Shown here: positions 28,625-37,445 of the stretch, piece by piece
How positions within the stretch are numbered: position 1 is the first letter of the stretch
How the letters are laid out: each line of letters starts with the position of its first letter
Assembly (NCBI GenBank): GCA_963741955.1
Contig: CAVUKB010000006.1
Location: forward strand, 128,001 to 192,000
Reading direction: 5' to 3'
Length of the DNA stretch: 64,000 nt
Origin: an uncultured Acidobacteriota bacterium
GTDB taxonomy: Bacteria; Acidobacteriota; Thermoanaerobaculia; Gp7-AA8
Notes under the pieces: model-generated
Database searches by the model: none
What the model was told of the DNA's origin: nothing
Seen by the model: the letters and a program-made list of their open reading frames with translations, nothing else
Translations under genes and position numbers: made by a program

Positions 28625-29316
28625 AAGAACACCTCTCTTCCTTTTGGCGGGATGAAGCGTGGGTCGGACGCGTGAAATCCGAGCCGGCCGACGAGCGAAT
28701 CCACGTATTCGTCGGCCGCTTCCGCAGGTGTGATTCCGGTGGCGGCCGCTCGTGCCTCGAGCATGCGCCGGACGCACAGGACCGTAGCGCGTCGTCGGGC
28801 CGTCTTCTCCAGAGTCTCGCGGGTCATCGCGACGAAGTCTTTGGCCAGATAGGCTTCCAACTGCTCGCGCGTACCGTATGCCGGAATGATCGCCTCGAAC
28901 TGAGCGAGAGTCATCACCCGAGACAGTTTTGCCTCCCAGACAGCACGCGGCTCTTCTCCCTTCAGAACCCGAAGTACCGCCTCGGGAACGATACGTTGCT
29001 CCGCCGCGGCGCGTGCGATCGTAGCCTCGTCGAGCGTCCCTTTGGCCAGAAAACTCGGAAGATCCCCGCGTGCTATGGAACAGCCGATGTCGCGACCGGC
29101 CTCGTCGATCACGATCTGCAACATGAGCCGCGTGAAGTTGCTCTCTTCGCACCTCGCAAGCCGCTCGGAATCGAGGTCATCCGCAAACGTACAAGCGATT
29201 CGGGCCGAGCGTATTTCGTGTCGCCCCAGGGAGGCGACGATTTGTGATGGCGCCGCCACACTCTGAAAGTTCGCGGCCACCACCAGCAGCGCTGGGATGA
29301 TGGATCTACGGCGCAA
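28621..29316 (-). CDS. Secreted hypothetical protein
   Basis: Signal-like RRRSIIPALLVVAANFQSVA; overlaps both neighbours. Confidence 0.6.
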   Translation of the reverse strand: MRRRSIIPALLVVAANFQSVAAPSQIVASLGRHEIRSARIACTFADDLDSERLARCEESNFTRLMLQIVIDEAGRDIGCSIARGDLPSFLAKGTLDEATIARAAAEQRIVPEAVLRVLKGEEPRAVWEAKLSRVMTLAQFEAIIPAYGTREQLEAYLAKDFVAMTRETLEKTARRRATVLCVRRMLEARAAATGITPAEAADEYVDSLVGRLGFHASDPRFIPPKGREVFF

Positions 29317-30268
29317 TGGTCACCTCATGTCCGTCGAGGATCGTGATGACAAGAAATGCACGACCGAACACGCCGATGTCGTCGACGAAGACAGTGGCAT
29401 TCGGCTCTCCGCCCCTGGCGAACGTGTTCGGGTCGTAGCAGACGGTTCCTCCATATGAGGACGTTGCGGGGCAGGGGTAGGCCTGCCAACGGTCCGCGAC
29501 GTCGGGAGCAGAGACACTATACGTCGCTCCCTCGATCCGGGCGGTCGGACCTTGCGCAGCGGCGATCAGCCGCTGTCGAGCCGAGCGATGCTGGTGTTCC
29601 CCGTTCCGGTCGTGTACCGTCTGGACGTCATAGACAGTATGCACGAGATTTGCCGTGACGGTATTCGTCCATTCTCCATACTCCTGAACAGGCTCTTCGC
29701 CGACTTTTGGAACCGTCCAGACGGCGTGGAGGAGCGTTTCTCCCGAGCGTTGAATCATGATCCGCGACACACTCATGTCGGCGGTCATGGTTTGTCCAAG
29801 CGCATCCCGCACGCGGAACGAAACCATCGTGAGTCCAAGCGGAAACTCGTCTACGGGCGGCAGGGCGACCAACGTGCTTGCTGCAAGTCCGCCGTTCCTC
29901 AGAGATCCACCGATGAGCAGATCCATCGACGTGACGTCTGAGCTGATCTCCAGCCTCACGACGGGTCTGTAGATATCGTAGTCGGAAACGGAGACGATGC
30001 TGACTTGGGGAGGCGGATCTACGACCGTACCAGTTCCGCTTCCGCCACCACCACCCGGTGGATAGTATGGAGCGGAGACGTCACAGTAACCGACCACGAT
30101 CCACTCGTACTCGAAGTGGCAGTTCGTTTCACCGGTCGTGTGATACGTGACGCAGATCTCCGTTCGCATCAGCAAGGTTGTTTCACCACAGGTCGCTCGA
30201 ACGCTCGTAGCGGCGGCGAGCGCGAGCAGAATGATCACCAGGGAGATACTAATCGAATGCCGCGTCAT
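29306..30268 (-). CDS. Secreted hypothetical protein (Cys-rich N-domain, Gly/Pro linker, beta-rich C-part)
   Basis: MTRHSISISLVIILLALAAATSVRA signal, GGAGGG RBS, PPGGGGGSGTGT linker. Confidence 0.65.
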   Translation of the reverse strand: MTRHSISISLVIILLALAAATSVRATCGETTLLMRTEICVTYHTTGETNCHFEYEWIVVGYCDVSAPYYPPGGGGGSGTGTVVDPPPQVSIVSVSDYDIYRPVVRLEISSDVTSMDLLIGGSLRNGGLAASTLVALPPVDEFPLGLTMVSFRVRDALGQTMTADMSVSRIMIQRSGETLLHAVWTVPKVGEEPVQEYGEWTNTVTANLVHTVYDVQTVHDRNGEHQHRSARQRLIAAAQGPTARIEGATYSVSAPDVADRWQAYPCPATSSYGGTVCYDPNTFARGGEPNATVFVDDIGVFGRAFLVITILDGHEVTIAP

Positions 30269-30556
30269 ATTGCCCTCCGCTACCAGGGGGTCGCTCCAGG
30301 CCACCAGCACGGGTGGGATCATGGAATCGAATGTCGTGATCGAGTCAAAGCAGTCGTGACGACGGGCTGCCGTCGTCCCAAGACATGGGTCTTGTGAGTC
30401 CGTACGGGAACGCGGGCGCGGGACCGAGGAACAGATCGAATCTGTTGCGAGGTGCGACCTCGATCACCTCAACAAAAGTATTGTGCCCGTAGAGCGATGG
30501 GGCAACCACGAACACTTGGTACGAGCTGCTATTGTTTGGTGTGAGCTGCCATTCTC

Positions 30557-30650
30557 GGAATGGGGTCGGGAAGAATGTGAGTGGCAAGAATGGGGTCCTG
30601 AGCGGCAAGAATGGAGTCAAGCGGCAAGAATGGGATCAGACCTTCGCTTC
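30557..30650. repeat. Tandem GGCAAGAATGGGGTC-like units ending in REP-like GGGATCAGACCTTCGC
   Basis: 4-5 imperfect units seen directly upstream of the RAYT-like gene. Confidence 0.75.
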
Positions 30651-31335
30651 TCTGTGGACTCGCCTAAGCCGCTGAGTCACAAATGCTTCCCTCGTCTCTT
30701 CATTCGTGGATGTTGGCAGACTCACCGCCACACCACGCTCGACTGATGACGCGACTCCGCATCCGTCGGAGCGTACCGATTCTACAACGGCACATATGCG
30801 CTGTGGTACAACCGCCGGTACAAGCGCGTCGGCACCTCCTGCAGGGACGGTTCAGCAGCTTTCTGATCGAGAAGGAGACGTACCTCGCGGAAGTAATGCG
30901 GTACGTCGTGCTGAATCCCGTTCGTGCGAAGATGGTCGAACTGCCGGAGCAGTACCGCTGGTCGAGCTACCGCGCAATGGAAGGTTTCGAGCCCGCGCCC
31001 GAGTGGCTCTGCCTCGACTGGATGCTCCGCCGCGGTGCGACTCGAGACGAAACGCAGGAGAACTACCGCGCGTTCGTCTACGAGAAGCTCCACGACCAAA
31101 CCCGCCTCTGGGACAAGCTCGTGAACCAGATCTACCTGGGCAGCGAGCCGTGGGGCGAGAAAATGCGCGCGATCGTCGAAGCGAAACCGCGGAGCGATGA
31201 GCATCCGAAGACGCAGCGCACGGTCGGTCGCGCGAAGCTCGGCAAAGTCGTCGACACGGTCGCCTCGGTGTTCGACATCGATCAGCGCGACATCCGCCAC
31301 GGTCGCGGCGGCGCGGCGCAAATGCTGACCGCCTA

Positions 31336-32486
31336 GTGTAGTGTTACAGAAATAACTAGACTTATGACGCGGAATGCGCGACAATAAGTCATGCGCGTCG
31401 CACCGAAAATTGAGTTGGATGCTGAAGCCACTGCTGCACTGGAACGCCTGGCGCGGGGCCGACGGACCGAGGTCCGGGTTGTGCTGCGCGCAAGGATCAT
31501 ACTGCTCGCTGCAAAAGGGCTGGAGAATGCTGTAATCGCCGCCCGGGTCAAGACCTCTCGAGCGACGGTGGGACTCTGGCGTGAGCGGTATGCCCGAGGG
31601 GGCATCCCCGCGATCCTTAAGGATGCGACGCGTCCGGGACGGCCGAGACAGAATCGGGCGAGGATCGAACTCGAGGTGATCCGGTTGACCACGCAGACAG
31701 TCCCGGAAAACGCCACGCACTGGACGACCCGAACGTTGGCGGCAAGGCTGGGAGTTGATCATGTTTTCGTACACAGGGTCTGGCGTGCGCACGGGCTTCA
31801 ACCTCACCGGGTCAGAACATTCAAGCTCAGCAACGATCCGAAATTTGTGGAGAAGCTCACGGATGTGGTGGGACTCTATCTCAACCCTCCCGACCACGCG
31901 ATCGTCCTCTGCGCTGACGAGAAGTCGCAGATTCAGGCGCTCGACCGCACGCAACCGGGTCTTCCGATCAAGCGTGGACGATGCGGGACGATGACTCACG
32001 ACTACAAACGGAATGGCACGACGACTTTGTTCGCCGCCTTGGATACCCTCGAAGGTCGGGTCATCGCCGAATGCATGCCACGTCATCGCCACCAGGAATG
32101 GATCCGGTTTCTCAAGAAGATCGACGCTGAGGTCCCGGCGGAACTCGACGTTCACTTGATCGCAGACAACTACGCGACTCACAAGCACCCGAAGGTCCGG
32201 CGATGGTTGGACCGGAATCCTCGCTTTCACATGCACTTCACTCCGACGAGCAGTTCCTGGCTCAATCTGGTCGAGCGATTCTTCCGAGATTTGACGGACA
32301 AGAGAATTCGCCGAGGCGCCTTCCATTCCGTAGATCAGCTGGTTGCAGCGATTCTCAGCTATATCGATGCGCATAACGAAGCCCCTTGGCCCTTCGTTTG
32401 GTGCGCTCGCTCGGAGGAGATCATCGAGAAGGTTGGGCGAGCCCGTTTCGCCATGCAAAAGTCAATAACTGAATGAAACACTACAC
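31336..32486 (+). mobile_element. IS630-family insertion sequence
   Basis: TIR GTGTAGTGTT(A/T)CA, TA on both flanks (31334-35, 32487-88), CTAG target. Confidence 0.92.
31391..32476 (+). CDS. IS630 transposase
   Basis: ADEKSQIQAL, YKRNGTT, DNYATHK, SSWLNLVERFF (DDE). Confidence 0.95.
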   Translation: MRVAPKIELDAEATAALERLARGRRTEVRVVLRARIILLAAKGLENAVIAARVKTSRATVGLWRERYARGGIPAILKDATRPGRPRQNRARIELEVIRLTTQTVPENATHWTTRTLAARLGVDHVFVHRVWRAHGLQPHRVRTFKLSNDPKFVEKLTDVVGLYLNPPDHAIVLCADEKSQIQALDRTQPGLPIKRGRCGTMTHDYKRNGTTTLFAALDTLEGRVIAECMPRHRHQEWIRFLKKIDAEVPAELDVHLIADNYATHKHPKVRRWLDRNPRFHMHFTPTSSSWLNLVERFFRDLTDKRIRRGAFHSVDQLVAAILSYIDAHNEAPWPFVWCARSEEIIEKVGRARFAMQKSITE

Positions 32487-32941
32487 TAGCTCGGGCGCTA
32501 CGAAAACGCGGAGCAGCTCCGCCCGATCGCGGCGACTCTCCGCCTCGGAAGCACCGCCCACGTCTCGAACCTGATCTCGCGTTGCGAGCGCGAGCTCGCG
32601 AATGATCCTCTCCTCCGCGTTCTCGCCAACCAGTGCCTCGCGTCGCTCCAGGCCGGAGTTCCCGAATCCCCCGAGCGGCCCGTCCCGATCTGGCCGATGC
32701 TCCCGGTGGCAGACGTTGTCCGCGACTCGCCGGGCCCGCCGCCGTTCTGACGCGAACCGAGCTCCCCGAAAACCAGAAACCGATCCGTTCCGGCGTGGCT
32801 TAGCACTGTCCGAGATCGAACGAAATCCTGGTACTTGCACGAGAACCACAGCATATCGCGCGCGTTTTGGGCCCGTGCGGCAGTTCGGTGCGATTTGAGC
32901 CATCGCTTACCTCACCATTCAAGGCTCCTCCGACGAACTTA

Positions 32942-33043
32942 ACCGACAAGCGAAGTCGTGACCCTCTTCTTTCCACTTCTAAGTGGCGCCGTGGCAAAGG
33001 TTTATGATGGCCGACCGACGAGCGAAGGTTTGACCCTGTTCTT
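32942..33043. repeat. Two REP-like direct repeats, inverted relative to the one at 30626-30650
   Basis: ACCGACAAGCGAAGTCGTGACCCTCTTCTT (32942) and ACCGACGAGCGAAGGTTTGACCCTGTTCTT (33014); 72-bp period. Confidence 0.7.
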
Positions 33044-33052
33044 GGGTGAGGT

Positions 33053-33245
33053 GAAATTGCCCGCATCGCCGAAGCACTCGAGATCTCAGCCGACGAGCTC
33101 CTCGGCATGAAGGAGGCTCGCCTCGGACCGAAAGCCAGCCGCCGCGTGCTCCGCCGCGTCGAGCGCGTCGAAGAGCTCCCACCCTCAGCAGCAGGCGACT
33201 CTGCTTCGCACCATCGACACCTTCCTCAAAGCTGCCGGAAAGTGA
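33053..33245 (+). pseudogene. XRE-family regulator C-terminal remnant (not in ORF track)
   Basis: EIARIAEALEISADELLG..RRVLRRVERVEELPP/QQQATLLRTIDTFLKAAGK* with one extra base at ~33185. Confidence 0.7.
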
Positions 33246-33292
33246 GAACGGCGGTTTCCCGCGCCGCAATGCGATTGCACTGATCGGTCTTC

Positions 33293-33560
33293 TCAGATGA
33301 ACGGCCGTTGGTATCCGATCATCTCGATGACTCCAGCGCAACCCGCAAGAGCGAACCACAACAGAATAGCCACCGCGACAACCAGGCACGTTCCCAGGCG
33401 CGTGCGTCCCCACAGTCGTATCGAGTAGAACACTGTTATCGCGAGAATGACCGCTGTTGAAGCGTAAAACGGCACGGCAACTGACCGGAAGTGATAGCGA
33501 TCTCCCCGCGGCGCCGCAAAGATGGCAGCCGCAGCCTCCTGGCCCCGGAACTTCGAGAAA
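33293..33560 (-). pseudogene. 3' fragment of a small membrane protein (possible RHS immunity gene)
   Basis: Open frame with two hydrophobic helices directly downstream of the RHS fragment; 5' end missing. Confidence 0.35.
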
Positions 33561-33564
33561 AAGC

Positions 33565-35000
33565 CTATACGCTCGTGAGGCGGTTGAGGGCGTCGAAGAC
33601 GTAGATCGTATTCGCGGAGGCGTGTCGCTCGTCACGAACGGTGAGGAGATTTCCGCGCGTGTCGTACGTGTAGGCGATGCTGCTCGCGTCCGGATGCGTC
33701 ACGGTCACGAGACGTCCCTCGGCGTCGTAGCCGAACGTATCGCTTCGTTTCGACACCCAGCTGCCGCAGCTCGCTGCGGGGGTGGAGCATTCCTCGTACG
33801 ATTCATGAGTCTTCCGCCCGATCGTGTTGAGGGTGTAGACGACGCGCTCGTGCTGGTTGCCGCTCGCGTCGAGACGCGTCACGCCGAGGAGCCGGTTCGT
33901 GCCGTCTTCCCATGAGCTCACGGTGGCGTTGCCGAGGGGGAGAGTGGTTTGCGTGAGCCGGTCGCGACCATCGTACGAGAAGCCCGTGACGTAGTCGGCC
34001 CGTTCGGCCGCATCTCCGGCGGACTGAACCGAGCGGATCTCGGTGACGCGGCCGCGAGCGTCGAGTGTGCGACGGGTCTCGACTCCGTTCGGATCGAGCG
34101 TGGATCGCGCGGTGCCGTAGACGTCGTAGTCGTCGAACGAGGTAGTGAGCGATGACGAGGCGCCGGTCGTCACGACGGTCTGGAGAAGGCGTCCCCGGCG
34201 GTCGAGGTTCGCGTCGGCGTCGGAGGCGTGGCTCCACGGATTTTCGTGACGAACCGCGGCCAGGAGGCGAGGGCGTACTCGTACGTGGAACACCGGCGAG
34301 ACCGTCCTCACCGAGACCATCTCAGGGTATCTTGCCTCCACGGATTCCTCTCCCACCACACGCACCACGACCACGAGCTTCGACTCGCGCTGGATCATCC
34401 GGTGTTGATCAGGCGTACGGTGAATGTGGCGCTCGAGCCATCGCACGCCGCGGCTGTTTCAGGCATCCAGAGGCCTCGTTCGAAGAGTGCCGGTTGAGTA
34501 CTCGTGAACACTGGCGAGCCGTTCTTTCTCAGTGATAGCGCGATGTTGTATGAGTCGTCCCGCATCGGCCAGACGGACCACCCGCAGGTTGTCCCGAAGC
34601 CGTCATCCCAGAATTGACAATAATTGCAGGGAAACGTGTAGCTCGCGAAGAATCGAATCCGCAGAGTCCCATCGGCGGCGGGAACGAACTGATAGGTCGG
34701 TGCCGATTCCAGGGTCGGATCCGAATCGCACCACATGTTGAAGTTCGAACAAAGGCCGCTCGAGTCGGGGTTGCACGTCGGATTGGCCCGCTTCATCTGG
34801 AACGCCGCGCGCTTTTCATACGCGGAGCACATGTAGCAGCTAGCGTTGCCGGGGGGTGGTTCGACCGTAGCCGAATCACAGGGATAGATCTGGTACGGAG
34901 GAATTGGCCACACCGCAAGGAGCGGTGTCGCATTGATCGCCAGAAACAACAGAGGAGCCCAGCGTGCAATGAGGCGAAGCGAACGGATTCTCGACATCAC
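33565..35000 (-). pseudogene. Decayed RHS/YD-repeat protein (secreted Cys-rich N-terminus 34395-35000; YD core 33565-~34230)
   Basis: YDVYG, LDARGR, YDGRDR, YDAEGR, YDTRGN, FDALNR repeats; stops and frame breaks between parts; no PxxxxDPxG or toxin tip. Confidence 0.75.
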
Positions 35001-35145
35001 TCACTTCCTTTTCGTTCGGAGTCGTCGAATCGGGGCGGACCCGATCCCTTCTACCCGGGGAGTTCCCGCAGCGGGGCAAAACGGTACCCTTGGTGACGAA
35101 TGGCGACGAAACAGGTGAGTAGCGCGAGCTACCCGGCACCCGACG

Positions 35146-35283
35146 GACGAGATGGGTGTGAGCATCAACAAGCTGCGGAACCACATCCGGTCGATCTACG
35201 ACAAGCTCCACGTCAATTCGAATTCGGAAGCGGTCAGCAGGCCGATGCGCGGGAAGATCGTGCAGGTCATTACCACGACTTGA
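35146..35283 (+). pseudogene. LuxR/NarL-type HTH remnant (not in ORF track)
   Basis: DEMGVSINKLRNHIRSIYDKLHVNSNSEAVSR matches a response-regulator C-terminal HTH. Confidence 0.65.
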
Positions 35284-35328
35284 AAGCTCGGCCACAACGC
35301 ATATGCTTGTCGCGGAGGTGAACTTCCG

Positions 35329-36384
35329 ATGAAACAGCTTCTCTGGATACTCCCGATCCTGATGGTCACGCCGCTGTTCGCCCAGAAGCGTCCGGTGCAC
35401 ACCTTCTCCATCGTCGCGCGCGACGCGACGAGCGGCGAGATGGGCGTCGCGGTGCAGTCGCACTGGTTCGCGGTGGGACAGATCGTCCCGTGGGCGGAAG
35501 CCGGAGTCGGCGCGATCGCGACGCAGAGCTTCGTCGATCCTTCGTATGGAAAGCTCGGGCTGGAGATGATGCGCACCGGAAAAAGCGCGCCCGACGCTCT
35601 CCGCGGCCTCCTCCAGTCGGACCGGTCGTGCCAGGTCCGTCAGGTGGCGATGATCGACACCGCGGGAAACGTTGCGACGTTCACCGGCTCGAAGAACATT
35701 CAGGCCGCTGGAGGGATTGCGGGAGGAGAGAAGACGGAGAGCGTTCACTTCGACTGCGGCACCGGAGGAGGGACGATTTCCGTCGGGAAGGACTTTTCGG
35801 TTCAGGCGAACCTCATGTCGAACGACCGGATCTGGCCGGCGATGGAAAAGGCGTTCCGCGAGACGAAGGGCGACCTTGCCGACCGGATGCTCGCCGCGCT
35901 CGATGCCGCACAGGCGGTCGGAGGCGACATCCGCGGGAAGCAGTCGGCCGCACTGATCGTGGTGAAGGCGCAGTCGTCCGGAAAGCCGTGGGAGGATCAG
36001 ATTTTCAACCTCCGGGTCGACGATGCTCCCGAGCCGCTTCCCGAACTGCGGCGGCTGGTCGCGCTGCAGCGTGCCTACAATCACATGAACGCCGGCGATC
36101 TCGCGACGGAGCACGGCGACAACGCGGGCGCTCTCCGCGAGTACTCGACTGCGGAACAGATCGCGGCGACGACGCCCGGGATCCCGCAGAGCCGTTACGC
36201 GGAGATGATCTACTGGCACGCGGCGGCGCTGGTGAACATGAACCGCGTCGACGAAGCGATGCCGCTCTTCGCGAAGGCGTTCGCGATGGAGCCCGGCTGG
36301 CGGACGCTGACCCCGCGTCTTCCGGCGGCGGGACTCCTTCCGGACGACCCGGCACTGATCCGCAGGATCGTCGGCGCGAAGTGA
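35329..36384 (+). CDS. DUF1028 (Ntn-hydrolase-like) secreted protein with C-terminal TPR
   Basis: Signal peptide, HTFSIVARD..GVAVQS, GAIATQS, GGDIRGKQSAAL, LRVDD. Confidence 0.88.
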   Translation: MKQLLWILPILMVTPLFAQKRPVHTFSIVARDATSGEMGVAVQSHWFAVGQIVPWAEAGVGAIATQSFVDPSYGKLGLEMMRTGKSAPDALRGLLQSDRSCQVRQVAMIDTAGNVATFTGSKNIQAAGGIAGGEKTESVHFDCGTGGGTISVGKDFSVQANLMSNDRIWPAMEKAFRETKGDLADRMLAALDAAQAVGGDIRGKQSAALIVVKAQSSGKPWEDQIFNLRVDDAPEPLPELRRLVALQRAYNHMNAGDLATEHGDNAGALREYSTAEQIAATTPGIPQSRYAEMIYWHAAALVNMNRVDEAMPLFAKAFAMEPGWRTLTPRLPAAGLLPDDPALIRRIVGAK

Positions 36385-36530
36385 TCCGCGGCAGACCGTC
36401 CGGCACGAGTGTGGTGCGTTTCCCCCGCACGCGAGCGAAGAGAGCCGCAGCATTGTGTCTGCCTGGGAGTCTCCCTGATCGCGTGCGATCGCGACCATCG
36501 CACCACACTCGGCCCCGGCTCCGGGCAGAC

Positions 36531-36539
36531 TGATACAAT
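36531..36539 (+). promoter_or_regulatory. Candidate extended -10 promoter for the sigma/CHAT operon
   Basis: TG-A-TACAAT 36 bp upstream of the sigma start. Confidence 0.45.
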
Positions 36540-36575
36540 CGAGGCGTCCGCACCGACTGCTGATACCGCGAGCCG

Positions 36576-37424
36576 ATGACTCCCGAAGAGCTGTTTCTGA
36601 AGAACCTTCCCCGCATCGAGCGCCTGGCGCGCTCGATCTGCGTGCGTCACCGTGCCTCCCCTGACGAGACGGAAGAGTTCCTCTCGAATCTGCGCCTGAA
36701 GCTGATCGACGACGATTACCGCGCTCTCCGCTCGTTCGAAGGGAAGAGCTCTCTGGAGACCTTTCTCTTCGTCACCATCCAGCGGGCTTTCTACGACTAT
36801 CGAGATCAGCAGTGGGGACGGTGGCGCCCCTCGACCGAAGCGACCAGGATGGGTGAAGCGGCTGTGACTCTGGAGAGGTTGATCTGGAGGGACGGATGGT
36901 CCTTTCCCGAAGCGCGCGACCATCTGATCCAGAGGGATCCTTCCCTCACCCCGGAGGAGGTCGAGACGATCCATGCCGGCCTTCCGGCCCGGTGGCGGCG
37001 GCCTCGCGCAGAGCCCGATCCCGAGCCGGCACTGGAGAAGGCCGTCGGGGCGGAGGGGGCCGACGCGCCGCTGATCGAACGGGAGAGACGTGAGCGTGCG
37101 GCGAGGCTCAGCACCACGGTGAGCGCCGCGCTCCAGTCACTGGACGAGGAGGATCAGCTGATCCTCCGGATGCGTTTCGCGAGCGGCCTCAAGATCGTCA
37201 CCATTGCGACGGTCCTCGGGCTCGATCAACGCCGTCTCTACCGGAGAGTGGAATCACTGATCGCGACTTTGCGGAGAGCCCTGGAGGGGGGCGGACATTC
37301 GGCGGAAGAGGTCCGGGAAATTCTGGAACATGGATGTGATGGATTCGAAGTCGACTTTCGGCCGGCGGAGGAAATTTCCCCGCTGCATCCGTCCAACGAC
37401 CGAAGGGGACTGGATCGTGACTGA
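36576..37424 (+). CDS. Sigma-70 family (ECF-like) RNA polymerase sigma factor
   Basis: Region 2-like (IERLARSI..FEGKSSLETFL..FYDYR) and region 4 (LQSLDEEDQLILRMRF..IATVLG). Confidence 0.85.
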   Translation: MTPEELFLKNLPRIERLARSICVRHRASPDETEEFLSNLRLKLIDDDYRALRSFEGKSSLETFLFVTIQRAFYDYRDQQWGRWRPSTEATRMGEAAVTLERLIWRDGWSFPEARDHLIQRDPSLTPEEVETIHAGLPARWRRPRAEPDPEPALEKAVGAEGADAPLIERERRERAARLSTTVSAALQSLDEEDQLILRMRFASGLKIVTIATVLGLDQRRLYRRVESLIATLRRALEGGGHSAEEVREILEHGCDGFEVDFRPAEEISPLHPSNDRRGLDRD

Positions 37425-37445
37425 GCGGGCGGAAGGAGTCAGGCG

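Larger units (their letters stand above)
30683..32680 (+). pseudogene. REP-associated tyrosine (Y1/HUH) transposase with C-terminal HTH, degenerate at the 5' end and interrupted by IS630
   Basis: HLLQGRFSSFLIEKETYL..RYVVLNPVRAKMV..YRWSSYRA; reading frame resumes after the IS (LGRYENAEQLRPIAATLRLGSTAHVSNLISRCERELAND); 3' limit approximate. Confidence 0.75.

Noticed and set aside
30557-30650. Possible mini-CRISPR
   Set aside because: Units are ~15-20 bp with only a few bases between them
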